From a virus (Duplodnaviria; Heunggongvirae; Uroviricota; Caudoviricetes): a stretch of 49,742 nucleotides of DNA. The DNA lies in the IMG/VR virus record IMGVR_UViG_3300024348_000010; one strand, given 5' to 3'. Of the stretch, positions 19,701 to 28,873 are shown in pieces; within the stretch, counting starts at the first letter, position 1, and every line of letters starts with the position of its first letter. Both the position numbers and the translations under genes were made by a program. The notes beneath the pieces are model-generated. The model was not told where the DNA came from and made no database searches. It saw nothing but the letters and a program-made list of their open reading frames with translations.

Positions 19701-22519
19701 GTCAGACATGCATACAGATTATCGAGTAAGTTGCCTTGTGGATTCTTTGGAAATCCGAATGCGTCTGAAGAGATAAACTCTGAAGCAAACACTTGATTCG
19801 CCTGTGCAATCGTCGATAATTCTGTCACCGCTGTAATTGCAGTATTCACAAGATTATTACCATAGACAATGATATTGCTATTTGATGGTGTAGAAGTCGT
19901 GTTTGTGAAACCAAAGTCGCGAATAGGATCTTTGATAAGAAGATTCGTTCCAGTCACATCATATAATGTTGCATGTGCAGTCTTGTATAAGAAGTGACCA
20001 GACTCGTTCGCTCGAGTTGCAGCAAATGCCGGAATATTGAACGATGTATTAGCAAAGCTTTCTCCGGGAAAACTCGTGCTATTGATATGAATATACTTGT
20101 TCGCAGGACTCGAAAGAATGAGTCCAGTGGTATTTGAGAATGCGACGTAATAAGGTTTACCGCTTTCGAGTCCACTGATTACTGTATTACCTGTTGCTAC
20201 TTCATAAGTAACTCGATCGCCTGCAATATAGTAAGTATTAGCATTTGTAATAGTAATAAACCCTGTCGTTGCATTTGCAGCAGTCGAAGGATTAAATGAA
20301 ACCTTGCGGATCTGTTGATATACTCTTTGACCTTCATCGAACCCAGTATTCGCTGTCACAGAGAGTTGAAGACGACTATAGTCGAGTGTATCTTGGCTGT
20401 TGGCAGCAATAAGATCCGTACCGATGAAGATGACTTCTGTTTCGCCGATCGTACCTACACCGAAACCAGCGCCTGTTCCAAAACTAATCGATGATATATT
20501 TGCGGTGGTATTTGAAAGCGGAGCAACGATCTTCGAAGGGAATGAACGAACATAGTCGCCACCGGTAATGTCGAGCGAATAAGATGTAATCTTAAAGTTA
20601 TCTGCGTTTGCAGCGGTGTATACCGTATCTGTTTCGTTCCAGTATCCTTTACGAGAAAGGAATGTTAACGTTCCGCTGTTTGATCCAGAAGCATAGTTAG
20701 CAGTGATTACAGTACCTTCAGCAACAATCGCATTCGCGCTATTGTAGATGTAGATGTTATTCGCAAAGGTAACGTTATTCGAAGAGCACTCATCAAACGC
20801 AATGACATGAACTTGCTTCTTGATGTCATATAAACCAGCATTCAGATTGACGTAACTGACGTTCGCAAAGATTTGATTGTTGGTTTGATTGATAAGCTTA
20901 TATGTTAAACCGTAGTTATGAGCATTTCCGACAGCATTTGCAGATGCATTTGCAGAAAGTATCAAAGAAGTTGAATTGGTTACACTGATTACGTTACCAA
21001 CCGCCACGTTGCCTGTGACATAAAGCGTAGAGTTGATGTAGTTGTTATTAAACGCAGTAGATGTTCCAGTGACTACATTGCTTGTAGTAGATGTAGTGAT
21101 TGTGCCTGTTCCAACTTTGTAATCCCAATCCGCCATGCGCTTACTGTTCTTGAAAGCGCCGCGAGCATTGGTAAGAGTAAGTTGAACTTCGCCTTCTAGC
21201 TGGATCACATTTGCCACTGTACCAGAAGCAGTAATATATCCTGCATTCTGTTGCTGTACGACATCACCTACACTGAATGTTGCTGAAGGTGAAGTAATAA
21301 TAACAGCATAATCTGTCGGTATGTTCATGAACTTACCAGACATTGACTTGTCTGTCAGTGTACTTGCTGTGAAGCTTGTTCCTGTGTTATTCGTTCCAGT
21401 ATAATAGATAGCAGATGGAACGAATACGCCTGAAGTGTGTGATACCGAGATAAAACCATTTGTATTCGAAGAAGGTGCAACTTCGAGTACTCTTCCTTGT
21501 GCAGCAAGCATGCCATTCGCAGCATAACGATATACAGTATTTCCTACAGAAACGTTTGATGTGGCCGCACTGTATCCGATATTGACTACAGGTTGAACAC
21601 CGCGTTCGAATAGACGATAGTAGTTTTCCGCCGTAAAATCTGCCGTCACTTCATTGAGGTTTAATACTTTCTCAGAGACGATCGATTCGGCATTAAGTGT
21701 GTATCCATATCCGCCGTCTATAAAAATGAAATCTACGAGGCCAGCTGCCGAATTCGTAGATTCTACTCGTGCTAAACCGCCGAGACCGCGATCGCTGTTC
21801 GTAAATCTTACGATGTCTCCGACAGTAAAGTCTCGACCACGAGTTTGAACTGTAACTCTTTTTACGGATCCTACGAGTTTCGATCTTTTGGTAATATCGA
21901 ATACGGGTTCATTATTGATATTTAGACCGATGACTTCGCCGTTACGAAATTCGCCCTGTCTTCCAGAAATATAAAGTAGGTTAACGAAGCCTTTACCAAC
22001 TCTTCTACGAATATACTTCTCAACGAAAGCTTTGGCGCCTGAAAGCTGGCCCACAACTTGCTTGCCGACATAGTCGATATTATAGATTGAGTATCCGATT
22101 TCAAGATATTCTGGTTTCTCGTACACACCATCTGAAAGACGAAAGATCTTTTCTGCAGGATATTGTACTTCAGCAGCCGTACCATATACAAGCTTAAAGA
22201 AAAGATCGATCGAACGTTCTGTACCCTTTGCGCGATACAGATCGAGTGAGTTCTTGACAAGAAGCTTTTTGTTCGTGGCAGTGTCGAACTGAATGTTCTT
22301 CAGATACTTTTCTTTGAAGTGAACGATGAAGTCGTCAGTAGTTTCGTCAATATCTCTGTAACTCGGTAGTCGACGAGTATGATACAAAGGATTATTAGTC
22401 GATTCTAGCCACTCATAATAAGCTCGAGTGAACGCAATGAAGTTCTCACCCTCTTCTTGGTAAAAAGAAGGGAATTGACTCTGAATTAACGGAGATATTC
22501 TTTTTTCTATATTCTTCAT
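16727..22519 (-). CDS. gp7: Baseplate wedge initiator gp7 with repeated accessory domains
   Basis: N-terminal ISPLIQSQFPSFYQEEG...AYYEWLE...DIDET...LYRAKGTERSIDLFFKLVYG and conserved HDGDYYQEYSYEI...MHMAGTKFFG. Follows gp6. Confidence 0.88.
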   Translation of the reverse strand: MKNIEKRISPLIQSQFPSFYQEEGENFIAFTRAYYEWLESTNNPLYHTRRLPSYRDIDETTDDFIVHFKEKYLKNIQFDTATNKKLLVKNSLDLYRAKGTERSIDLFFKLVYGTAAEVQYPAEKIFRLSDGVYEKPEYLEIGYSIYNIDYVGKQVVGQLSGAKAFVEKYIRRRVGKGFVNLLYISGRQGEFRNGEVIGLNINNEPVFDITKRSKLVGSVKRVTVQTRGRDFTVGDIVRFTNSDRGLGGLARVESTNSAAGLVDFIFIDGGYGYTLNAESIVSEKVLNLNEVTADFTAENYYRLFERGVQPVVNIGYSAATSNVSVGNTVYRYAANGMLAAQGRVLEVAPSSNTNGFISVSHTSGVFVPSAIYYTGTNNTGTSFTASTLTDKSMSGKFMNIPTDYAVIITSPSATFSVGDVVQQQNAGYITASGTVANVIQLEGEVQLTLTNARGAFKNSKRMADWDYKVGTGTITTSTTSNVVTGTSTAFNNNYINSTLYVTGNVAVGNVISVTNSTSLILSANASANAVGNAHNYGLTYKLINQTNNQIFANVSYVNLNAGLYDIKKQVHVIAFDECSSNNVTFANNIYIYNSANAIVAEGTVITANYASGSNSGTLTFLSRKGYWNETDTVYTAANADNFKITSYSLDITGGDYVRSFPSKIVAPLSNTTANISSISFGTGAGFGVGTIGETEVIFIGTDLIAANSQDTLDYSRLQLSVTANTGFDEGQRVYQQIRKVSFNPSTAANATTGFITITNANTYYIAGDRVTYEVATGNTVISGLESGKPYYVAFSNTTGLILSSPANKYIHINSTSFPGESFANTSFNIPAFAATRANESGHFLYKTAHATLYDVTGTNLLIKDPIRDFGFTNTTSTPSNSNIIVYGNNLVNTAITAVTELSTIAQANQVFASEFISSDAFGFPKNPQGNLLDNLYACLTFGRFEIGIIGSLNQINPGEDYNVDPFVLAHQPYISGFDRKDFVITFENATRNFVAGEIVNQSQANLKFYDLKVSSGAYSNTYDAKTFSLQSQYEANSASEFIFYRNITSSFNPTDEVNSNTDFITITGNEFAANDLVRYFTDNANTAVTGLSNNSFYYVLASNSTGVTLTTQAANTLAKVNITQSSNVAEFNSNTNVQNSNDFIQIATANTLFANGGQVRYVVTDGVAAVDGLEANALYYVRYANSTGLALSLTAGGANVDLTAANPGSNGHFLRNYNPDLIGHQLRSYTNEFANGQIVQYRIPNGNTAISGLTANAVYYVVAANNVGFKLASTLSGSAINITANSTGGESHTIATLPGYLPKDKLFQNVVSTFNSNTQVQNSNDFISITSANSIFANGQQITYSTAAGNTAVTGLTNNSLYFVRYANSTGLALSTTSTGSNVDITATSVSETGHFLTASVVNATVSSIFSNTHESVVRNYVRVTGNTAPITNNALLYSYTVPTANALISSVSLFEIVSTAKAIVKSSNSSQMLAKRITFENTWLPNEPMIGEVSGAEADVIGVTEDITELYPIGLNADITANVVTSNGEVTALQVIDSGFAYSNAEIVDFVSEDNLRSGTAKMVLDGHGLGIGYYRSSKGFLSDDIYVHDGDYYQEYSYEILSKISVDRYSDMFKKVMHMAGTKFFGSALIVEESNAALALTSISTGQEIQFNSNDDVSTVNDTIQTDFEDVSFKFKVMDVNNDTDLISLGTNPYYTTFPLNVHDYLQYTTSEAQTLGVGTSSSLSNNEYYYVVFANTTGIKISETRGGDALNLNTVAISNTLALHTLTKVINPFANGDLVLYTTSNTAVQANVSLSFVTNAITSNTISVANNLFRIGDVVKYTKNGGSTAVGLAEGSEYFIRSANATSIKLANSIGKAVSIYSNSTAETHILRIEKLANNQNYYIVNTTPNTVKLSLTANGSPINITANGSTSGDINAGHFLTKTIEE
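16798..16805 (-). promoter_or_regulatory. Possible T4-type late promoter TATAAATA inside the gp7 3' end
   Basis: Exact TATAAATA on the minus strand about 70 nt upstream of the gp8 start. It lies in coding sequence and may be chance. Confidence 0.4.
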
Positions 22520-24399
22520 TATTCTCTGATCTGTTCAATTGTGACGTCGACGTCATTTTCAAGAATATTGAGTATCACGTTCTGAGAAGAAGTGATGTCA
22601 AGAGTACGCGGCTTGGCATAGATTTTCAAAGAAGTGCCAGTGTAATTAGTAATATTAAAGTTGTTGATTCTGACGATACCAGTATCATAGTCAACAGTGC
22701 CGATATCAAGAATGGTTCTATGCTGTGTTCCAGAAGTATTGATGATACGCATAATACCATCACCGTTATCTTCAAGGCGACAATTTGGCAATCCGTTATA
22801 AGTGAATGTCGAAGAACTTACGACATGAATATCACCTATTAAGTGCTCTGCACCTTTACCTGGAACATCGTTCTTCAGCGGATTTTTAAAATCAATCGTT
22901 ACATTCTGACCAGATGATACTACACCTGAAGTCGCCAATGATACAAGCGAACCAGAAGTTGATGTAGGAGTAGAAGTCACCGTCGTACTCAAAACAGGTG
23001 TCAGATACTTGACGAGTTCAACCTGAGTTTCGTTACTAATGATACTATTTTCTGCAGCATCGACATCACGAATAAATCTTGAGTAGCGAAGAGTGCGACC
23101 AAAGTTATTGAGATTGACAGAAGCGTGTGTCAGAATAGAATCGATAACGTTCGTGCGAATATCTTCTGGATTCAAACCTGTCAGGTTGATATTGTATTTG
23201 ATATTTGTATTGACATACAGATATGTGTAATCAGGAGAAACAAAGAGCGGTTCGATAGCAACAGAAGATCTTGACCTCAAGAATTTCTTATATTCTGCTT
23301 CTTTAATCTTTGGAAGACCATCAACTTCATCGAGATCAATCGACAAGAAGATTCTGCCGTATTGAGGAGGATTAGCATCTTCTCCGCCATATGCAACGAC
23401 TGCGTTAATTTCAGGAAAGTTTGCTTTGAGTAAGTTCTCATAATCTTCTGAAGTCACTGCACGTTCTTGTGTAGTGAATGCACGAGGAGCATTATACTTA
23501 ATCGAGTTGAGATCTTCTGCAACAGCACCGTCTGTAGCAGCAGTAATAGTTTCAATAACTACATTCGATTCGTCATCGATACGGGCAGTATTAATAAACC
23601 TGAATGCTCCGTTAGGAAGTTCACCATTGCAAACACGATATTCGATAACTACTACCGAATTGTTTTTTGGTTTACGACCTACAACGCCGTCTCCAAAGAC
23701 AACTTCATATGCATCTCCAATTCCTGGCTGCAAGAAAAATACTTTTGAGTTAAGATCGTGGCCAAAAAGAGATGTTGCGCGAGTGTAAGTGTGAGTTGTT
23801 GTGCCGTTATCTTCAAAAACTGTAACTAATAAACTTTCAAGATCAACTCTTTTATTACTGATCTTGTATATTAGCGGACTATTATAGTTCACATTGTAAG
23901 TATCGCTAAGATAATTGCCTTCGTATACTCGAATCGCTTCGCTTTCATATACGAAGTTTGATCCCGACGGAGTTCTGTTCGTAATCACATAATTTTCAGT
24001 AGTACTAAAGTTATAAGTGAAGTCATCGACGCGTGAAGAAAACGATGTACCCTTTGGAATAACAATCGAGCGCTTTGATGCATCTGCAGAAGTGATGACG
24101 AGTTGAATCACAGCTGATGAAGATCGAAAGGATCTCGGAAGATAGTTTAATTCTTTGGCATGCGAAATTACGCTATCGCGCAACTTAGCAGAATCAAGAA
24201 ACATCTCGTTGCTGATCATGTTCAGGTAGAACGCGTTCTGATATGTGTTGTAAGACAACACGTCAAGAAGCACTGAAAGGTTGCTTCCGTCGAAGTCATA
24301 GTCCTTGAATCGATCTTGAGACCGTAAGAAGGTCTTGAGCGAATCTTTATAGGAATCGAAATCTAGCTGTGTAAGGACTATACTGGAATTTGCTGCCAT
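22519..24399 (-). CDS. gp6: Baseplate wedge subunit gp6
   Basis: LDFDSYKDSLKTFL...DYDFDGSNLSVLLDVLSYNTYQNAFYLNM...EMFLDSA.LRDSVISHAKELNYLPRS and APRAFTTQERAVTSEDY. Confidence 0.95.
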   Translation of the reverse strand: MAANSSIVLTQLDFDSYKDSLKTFLRSQDRFKDYDFDGSNLSVLLDVLSYNTYQNAFYLNMISNEMFLDSAKLRDSVISHAKELNYLPRSFRSSSAVIQLVITSADASKRSIVIPKGTSFSSRVDDFTYNFSTTENYVITNRTPSGSNFVYESEAIRVYEGNYLSDTYNVNYNSPLIYKISNKRVDLESLLVTVFEDNGTTTHTYTRATSLFGHDLNSKVFFLQPGIGDAYEVVFGDGVVGRKPKNNSVVVIEYRVCNGELPNGAFRFINTARIDDESNVVIETITAATDGAVAEDLNSIKYNAPRAFTTQERAVTSEDYENLLKANFPEINAVVAYGGEDANPPQYGRIFLSIDLDEVDGLPKIKEAEYKKFLRSRSSVAIEPLFVSPDYTYLYVNTNIKYNINLTGLNPEDIRTNVIDSILTHASVNLNNFGRTLRYSRFIRDVDAAENSIISNETQVELVKYLTPVLSTTVTSTPTSTSGSLVSLATSGVVSSGQNVTIDFKNPLKNDVPGKGAEHLIGDIHVVSSSTFTYNGLPNCRLEDNGDGIMRIINTSGTQHRTILDIGTVDYDTGIVRINNFNITNYTGTSLKIYAKPRTLDITSSQNVILNILENDVDVTIEQIRE

Positions 24400-24827
24400 T
24401 ATCTTACTCTATAAAGGGTGAGTTGAAGTGTCTGCGGATTAGCATTATTTATGATCTCGTAATAGACTGATATGTCGTAAGAATGGGCGAATTCATTCGA
24501 CACTACTAACACATCTACTACTCTCGCTCTTGGCTCATATTTACCGATAGACTCTTTGATAGCGTCTTTCATTAAGTCGGCTGTCATGACAGAAATATCT
24601 TCAAATAAGAATCTACGAAGTCCACCACCAAATTCTGGATTAAACAAACGTTCTTTTGTATTGGTCGATAAAATATTCCGCATCGATCTTCTGACAGCTT
24701 GCTCATCGGTATAGAGAGCAAGTCTCTTGTTCTGAGGATGAATATTAAAATTGTTATAGAAGTCAGTGAACACAGGATCACGCTGTGTTGTTTTCCTTGT
24801 TGTCAGTGCATCTATTCTGTCTGTCAT
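24399..24827 (-). CDS. gp25: Baseplate wedge subunit gp25
   Basis: 142 aa with AVRRSMRNILSTNTKERLFNPEFGGGL...LFE...YEPRARV. Upstream of gp6. Confidence 0.93.
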   Translation of the reverse strand: MTDRIDALTTRKTTQRDPVFTDFYNNFNIHPQNKRLALYTDEQAVRRSMRNILSTNTKERLFNPEFGGGLRRFLFEDISVMTADLMKDAIKESIGKYEPRARVVDVLVVSNEFAHSYDISVYYEIINNANPQTLQLTLYRVR

Positions 24828-24847
24828 ATTACCCTACTGCTTTATCT

Positions 24848-24855
24848 TATTTATA
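24848..24855 (-). promoter_or_regulatory. T4-type late promoter TATAAATA for gp25-gp6-gp7
   Basis: Exact motif in the intergenic gap, 20 nt upstream of the gp25 ATG. Confidence 0.85.
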
Positions 24856-24859
24856 ATGA

Positions 24860-25435
24860 TTATATGATGGTTTCTAATATCTCATAGTTTTCGATGTCGA
24901 CATTTGCAACATCGTCAGAGAGAAGCCCAACCTGGCCAGTAAAGGCAAAGTTTTGATAATCTTCGTTGCTACCAATCGCATCTAATCCTGGACCAGCCGA
25001 ACGAGTAAAATCATATCGTATCATTACAAATGTAGATTTATTCGTTTCAATGTAAGAAAGAAGTTTGTTGCTGCCATCATACACAAAATCAGTCAAAATC
25101 ATATCACAATCTTCGTACGAAACAACTGTTCCGACCTCAAACGTATCGTTGACTTCGTGTCTGAAAGGATACCAATCATCAACAACAACATCATGATCTG
25201 TTGCAAATACATAAACTGCACATAATAATAGATCATCGACGCAATTCTGTTCGCATCGTACGAAAGTCGGCATATACCAATCGTCAATTTCAACCGTGGT
25301 GACTCCAGGTTCTGGCACAGTAAATCGTATTGCGATTGGTGGGCTTAGATCCCCATAAGAAACTGTTGGAACTGTCGGTTCGCTAACATCTGAAAAGAAA
25401 TATCCATTTTCTGATACTGAATATTGATCTAACAT
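24860..25435 (-). CDS. Hypothetical acidic protein
   Basis: 191-aa ORF co-oriented within the baseplate cluster; no recognisable motif. Confidence 0.65.
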   Translation of the reverse strand: MLDQYSVSENGYFFSDVSEPTVPTVSYGDLSPPIAIRFTVPEPGVTTVEIDDWYMPTFVRCEQNCVDDLLLCAVYVFATDHDVVVDDWYPFRHEVNDTFEVGTVVSYEDCDMILTDFVYDGSNKLLSYIETNKSTFVMIRYDFTRSAGPGLDAIGSNEDYQNFAFTGQVGLLSDDVANVDIENYEILETII

Positions 25436-25451
25436 GTTAGCCTAATCCACC

Positions 25452-26783
25452 TCACACAGTTGCAGAAGCAGGCTGAGCCCACTTTGGCAGGTTGTCTGGA
25501 TTCGGTTCTAGTCCGTACTTCGTTCTACGTATCTCGATGCAATTCGGAATGAATTTTAAGATCGCATCTGGAATACCAAATATCGGTTTTAAAATGATAT
25601 TTAAAACCATACAGATCGATACTTTGCCACGACAGATGTCGATGATCAACTTAATCGCTTTAATAATCTTGTCGACGATTGGAAACTGCTGTAGAATCCA
25701 ACCAGGAGCTTTGAGTATGATATCATGTATCTTGGCAATGAAATCTGTCTGAAAGAACTTCTTAATCTTTTCCATGGCATCTTCGAACGCATCTTCAATT
25801 CGATGCCACAATTCTTCTTTCGAGTGAATCGTTTCTTTCTTCTTACGTTCTTCGTTATCGAAACCAATTAAATTACCTAAAGTTCCGAAGAGCGGGATCG
25901 GTAAGTTCAAGACAAAGTCTATCAGTTCTTGGAGTAACTTCTCTCCGAGATCTTCTGCCGCTTTGCCCGACAAGACGTCTTCTTTGGCCTTCTTAATACG
26001 TTTCTTAAAATCTTCATACTTCAGTTTTAATTGCGCTTTAATAGGCTTCGTAGGATCGATGAATACTCCAATCCTTTCAATGATTGGACCAATAATAGGA
26101 ATCTTAGTAAGCAACTTGATCATTGCATTGATGCAGGCGGCAATGAAATCGCTCAGTAGTTCTTTCATCCACGCCAAAGCTTTCTGCCAAAATTCTTCGG
26201 CTTCATGCTCAGGGCTTTTAATTCCAAGTGTTCCGTCGTATTTGCCATCACCAAAAAACTTTCGAACCGATTCAATGTCTTCGGCAATTGCAGCTTTGAT
26301 CTTGACTTTACCTTCTTTCGTAAACAAATCCTTGATTACTGGCTGATAACGAACAGGATTACCGGCTTCGTCTAATAGGGTGACAGCTGTGACGAATGGA
26401 ATTGGCGTTTGCAATACATCAGGAATACCAAGAATATCAACAATCTTGAGCAGGGCTTCGACGATCTTCTTCTGAAACCATACGTCGATCTCTTTTAGGA
26501 ACTCGCGGACCTTATACTTCATCTCTTGTTCTTTTGACTTGATCTTCTTAAAGACGTCAGTCATCAGAATGCCAGTAATATCATCGACTAGCTTTTCCAT
26601 GTCTCGAATAGCTTCAATGAGTTCTTTACCGCACTCGTCTTGAATAAACTTTGCTTGTAACTTCAGTTGGCTAATGATCTTTGCAATGCCTACGAAATAG
26701 TCTTCCATTTGACGGAAAGATATTTGCCCGTTAGGACCACATTCCAAGTTAGGAACTTCAGGAACATAGACTATCGGTCTCAT
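25452..26783 (-). CDS. Hypothetical helical protein downstream of gp5
   Basis: 443 aa, translationally coupled to gp5 (ATGA overlap). Amphipathic helices broken by repeated IP/FP motifs. Confidence 0.75.
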   Translation of the reverse strand: MRPIVYVPEVPNLECGPNGQISFRQMEDYFVGIAKIISQLKLQAKFIQDECGKELIEAIRDMEKLVDDITGILMTDVFKKIKSKEQEMKYKVREFLKEIDVWFQKKIVEALLKIVDILGIPDVLQTPIPFVTAVTLLDEAGNPVRYQPVIKDLFTKEGKVKIKAAIAEDIESVRKFFGDGKYDGTLGIKSPEHEAEEFWQKALAWMKELLSDFIAACINAMIKLLTKIPIIGPIIERIGVFIDPTKPIKAQLKLKYEDFKKRIKKAKEDVLSGKAAEDLGEKLLQELIDFVLNLPIPLFGTLGNLIGFDNEERKKKETIHSKEELWHRIEDAFEDAMEKIKKFFQTDFIAKIHDIILKAPGWILQQFPIVDKIIKAIKLIIDICRGKVSICMVLNIILKPIFGIPDAILKFIPNCIEIRRTKYGLEPNPDNLPKWAQPASATV

Positions 26784-27589
26784 GCATTGATTCCAACAAT
26801 TGCAGCTTTAATATCCACCGCGCCTGATTGTGATACAACTTGCACGCTGCCATTATTTGCATAGATTCCTACGTTGCCTTCATTTGCATAGATATCGACA
26901 TCTGACTGCGCAGTAATAGTAATCTTACCTTGATTACATGTGATCTCAATATTCTTATCTCCCTTCTCATCGCCGACATTAAAAATTGTCATGTTGCCTG
27001 AGGCTAATTGAATATGATCTTTTACTGACTTTGTCACGATGGTTCCATCTGGTAAAATCTCAAGATAAGATCCAGATTTATGATAAACCTGTACACGTTC
27101 TGATCCAGGAGTATCATCGAACTCTACTAAGTGACCGCTGCGAGTAGTCATGGTATTATTATAAGGATATCTCGCCTTATACTTCGATTCTGGTTCAACG
27201 TAGAAACCATCATCAGTTTTAATTCGATTCTGAGTTTTTTCTTCTGGTTCACCTTGACCACGAGCATATGAAGATACACTGTGATTGCCTTCAGCTGCAT
27301 AATTTAATACACCTATTACATATGATGCATTCTCGTCAGGGAATTTCATACACATCACGCGCGTGCCTTTAAGCAGTCCAGTCGGACTTAATCCTATACC
27401 TGCTGTCCCAGCACTTGTTGGAGGCATGATGATGCGAGCCGGTAATAAATCGTCTGATGAAACTTGGTTCGAGTGACCTAAAATTTCTCTTACTAATACT
27501 CTTCCGATTTGAGGTTCGTCAGCTCCAAGCCCGAGTTCTGATGTTGGATCTTCTGCTACTATGCCTTCAAAAAAATACGGTGCTTGCAT
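26780..27589 (-). CDS. gp5: Baseplate hub central spike gp5 (no lysozyme domain)
   Basis: OB-fold start (FFEGIVAED...GRVLVR), YPYNNTMTTRSGHLVEFDDTPGSERVQVYHKSGSYLEI, and beta-helix repeats at the C-terminus. Only 269 aa. Confidence 0.9.
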   Translation of the reverse strand: MQAPYFFEGIVAEDPTSELGLGADEPQIGRVLVREILGHSNQVSSDDLLPARIIMPPTSAGTAGIGLSPTGLLKGTRVMCMKFPDENASYVIGVLNYAAEGNHSVSSYARGQGEPEEKTQNRIKTDDGFYVEPESKYKARYPYNNTMTTRSGHLVEFDDTPGSERVQVYHKSGSYLEILPDGTIVTKSVKDHIQLASGNMTIFNVGDEKGDKNIEITCNQGKITITAQSDVDIYANEGNVGIYANNGSVQVVSQSGAVDIKAAIVGINA

Positions 27590-27603
27590 TTTATCATCCT
27601 CTA

Positions 27604-28872
27604 TTATTTGTGCACACGCGGAGTACCGCCAATGCCGTCTTTTACGATCTCAAGGCCTTGCATATATTCTGCTTTCTCATTAAAAGTTAAAACATGTCGG
27701 CACTTAGTTACCATGTAATTACCTGAAGTCATAGCACTATCTTCTCTTATTGGATTTTTATCACCTTGAGTACGAGCATTATATTCTGGAAGTTGACAGT
27801 GAATAACATCGCCGACGGTAATTGTGCTATCTCCATAAATAGTTATCTGCGCGATAGTCGTTAAGAAATGCGCCATGTAAATGGGAACGTGATTTTTCTT
27901 TTCGGCTCTTTCTGCATTTTCTGTGGTCGGATCACGATCTATTTTTACTAATAAACTTGCATTTTCTTCTAACTGATTTTGTCTTTTTAGAGTAGAAGAT
28001 ATAGACTTTTCATTTAAAGTTTCAAACTCTAATTTTTTTGGATCTACACTATACGTAGTAATTTCACCAGTAACTGTGTTTCTTTCTTGTACAACAACTT
28101 TTGCGATGCCTTGGTTGCCGTTTTGAATAGATTTAAATGCTAAGATGTTTCTCCATTTTGCACCTTCAAAATCAAGGTTTGTTAATGTAGATTGCATGAA
28201 ACATTTGTCACCAATATTCTCTTTGCCTTCTCTAATCATCATCTCCATACTCTTGAAGACGAATCCATACTTATTCTCAAAGAAATAAAACGCATGACCT
28301 TTAAATTCTTGAGACATAGCATATTCGACGCGAATCTCATCGATACATTGCAACGGTGTTTTAAGAGTAAGATTAAATGCATGCAGCCCACGAGTCTTTT
28401 CTGCGAACAAGTTTTTATTCGAACCAAGAACGTTAAGATACGCTTTCACCATTTTTTCACACTCTATCTTCTTTTTCGAAAGAGGTGCGTCACGTAAATT
28501 ACGAGATTTCCATACTTCATATGTCGTACAACTGAGTTTATATGCTACGCCTTTATCATCTGTTGTAGGAACAACCGGATCGTCATTTTGAACATAAAAT
28601 TCATAACGAATAGCAGACTTTGAATTAGATTCGTTGGTCGTAAACTCGATAATGATTTTTTTATTTTTAAAAAGAAAATTATCAAACATTCCTTTTGAAT
28701 CATAGAACTCAAAATCTGCTCGCACGGTCGGGCTCAAAACAGATTCGTAGATGTTTGCTTTTACGCAAACAGGAGTCAATTGAAGAGCTTTGCCACAGTC
28801 TGCTGTTTTAGCTGTAGCATCGATCATTATAAATTCGTTGAGTTTAAATTGTCCGTCTCTAATCGAGTTCAT
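27604..28872 (-). CDS. Baseplate hub protein (gp27-like)
   Basis: 422 aa between gp53 and gp5. Has NIYESVLSP, FYFFENKYGFVFKSME, and C-terminal ITIYGDSTITVGDVI...SGNYMVTKCRH. Confidence 0.75.
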   Translation of the reverse strand: MNSIRDGQFKLNEFIMIDATAKTADCGKALQLTPVCVKANIYESVLSPTVRADFEFYDSKGMFDNFLFKNKKIIIEFTTNESNSKSAIRYEFYVQNDDPVVPTTDDKGVAYKLSCTTYEVWKSRNLRDAPLSKKKIECEKMVKAYLNVLGSNKNLFAEKTRGLHAFNLTLKTPLQCIDEIRVEYAMSQEFKGHAFYFFENKYGFVFKSMEMMIREGKENIGDKCFMQSTLTNLDFEGAKWRNILAFKSIQNGNQGIAKVVVQERNTVTGEITTYSVDPKKLEFETLNEKSISSTLKRQNQLEENASLLVKIDRDPTTENAERAEKKNHVPIYMAHFLTTIAQITIYGDSTITVGDVIHCQLPEYNARTQGDKNPIREDSAMTSGNYMVTKCRHVLTFNEKAEYMQGLEIVKDGIGGTPRVHK

Positions 28873-28873
28873 A

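Noticed and set aside
24399-24827. gp25 as a lysozyme
   Set aside because: That is a legacy label for the family. gp25 is a structural sheath-initiating wedge protein, and no catalytic motif is seen.
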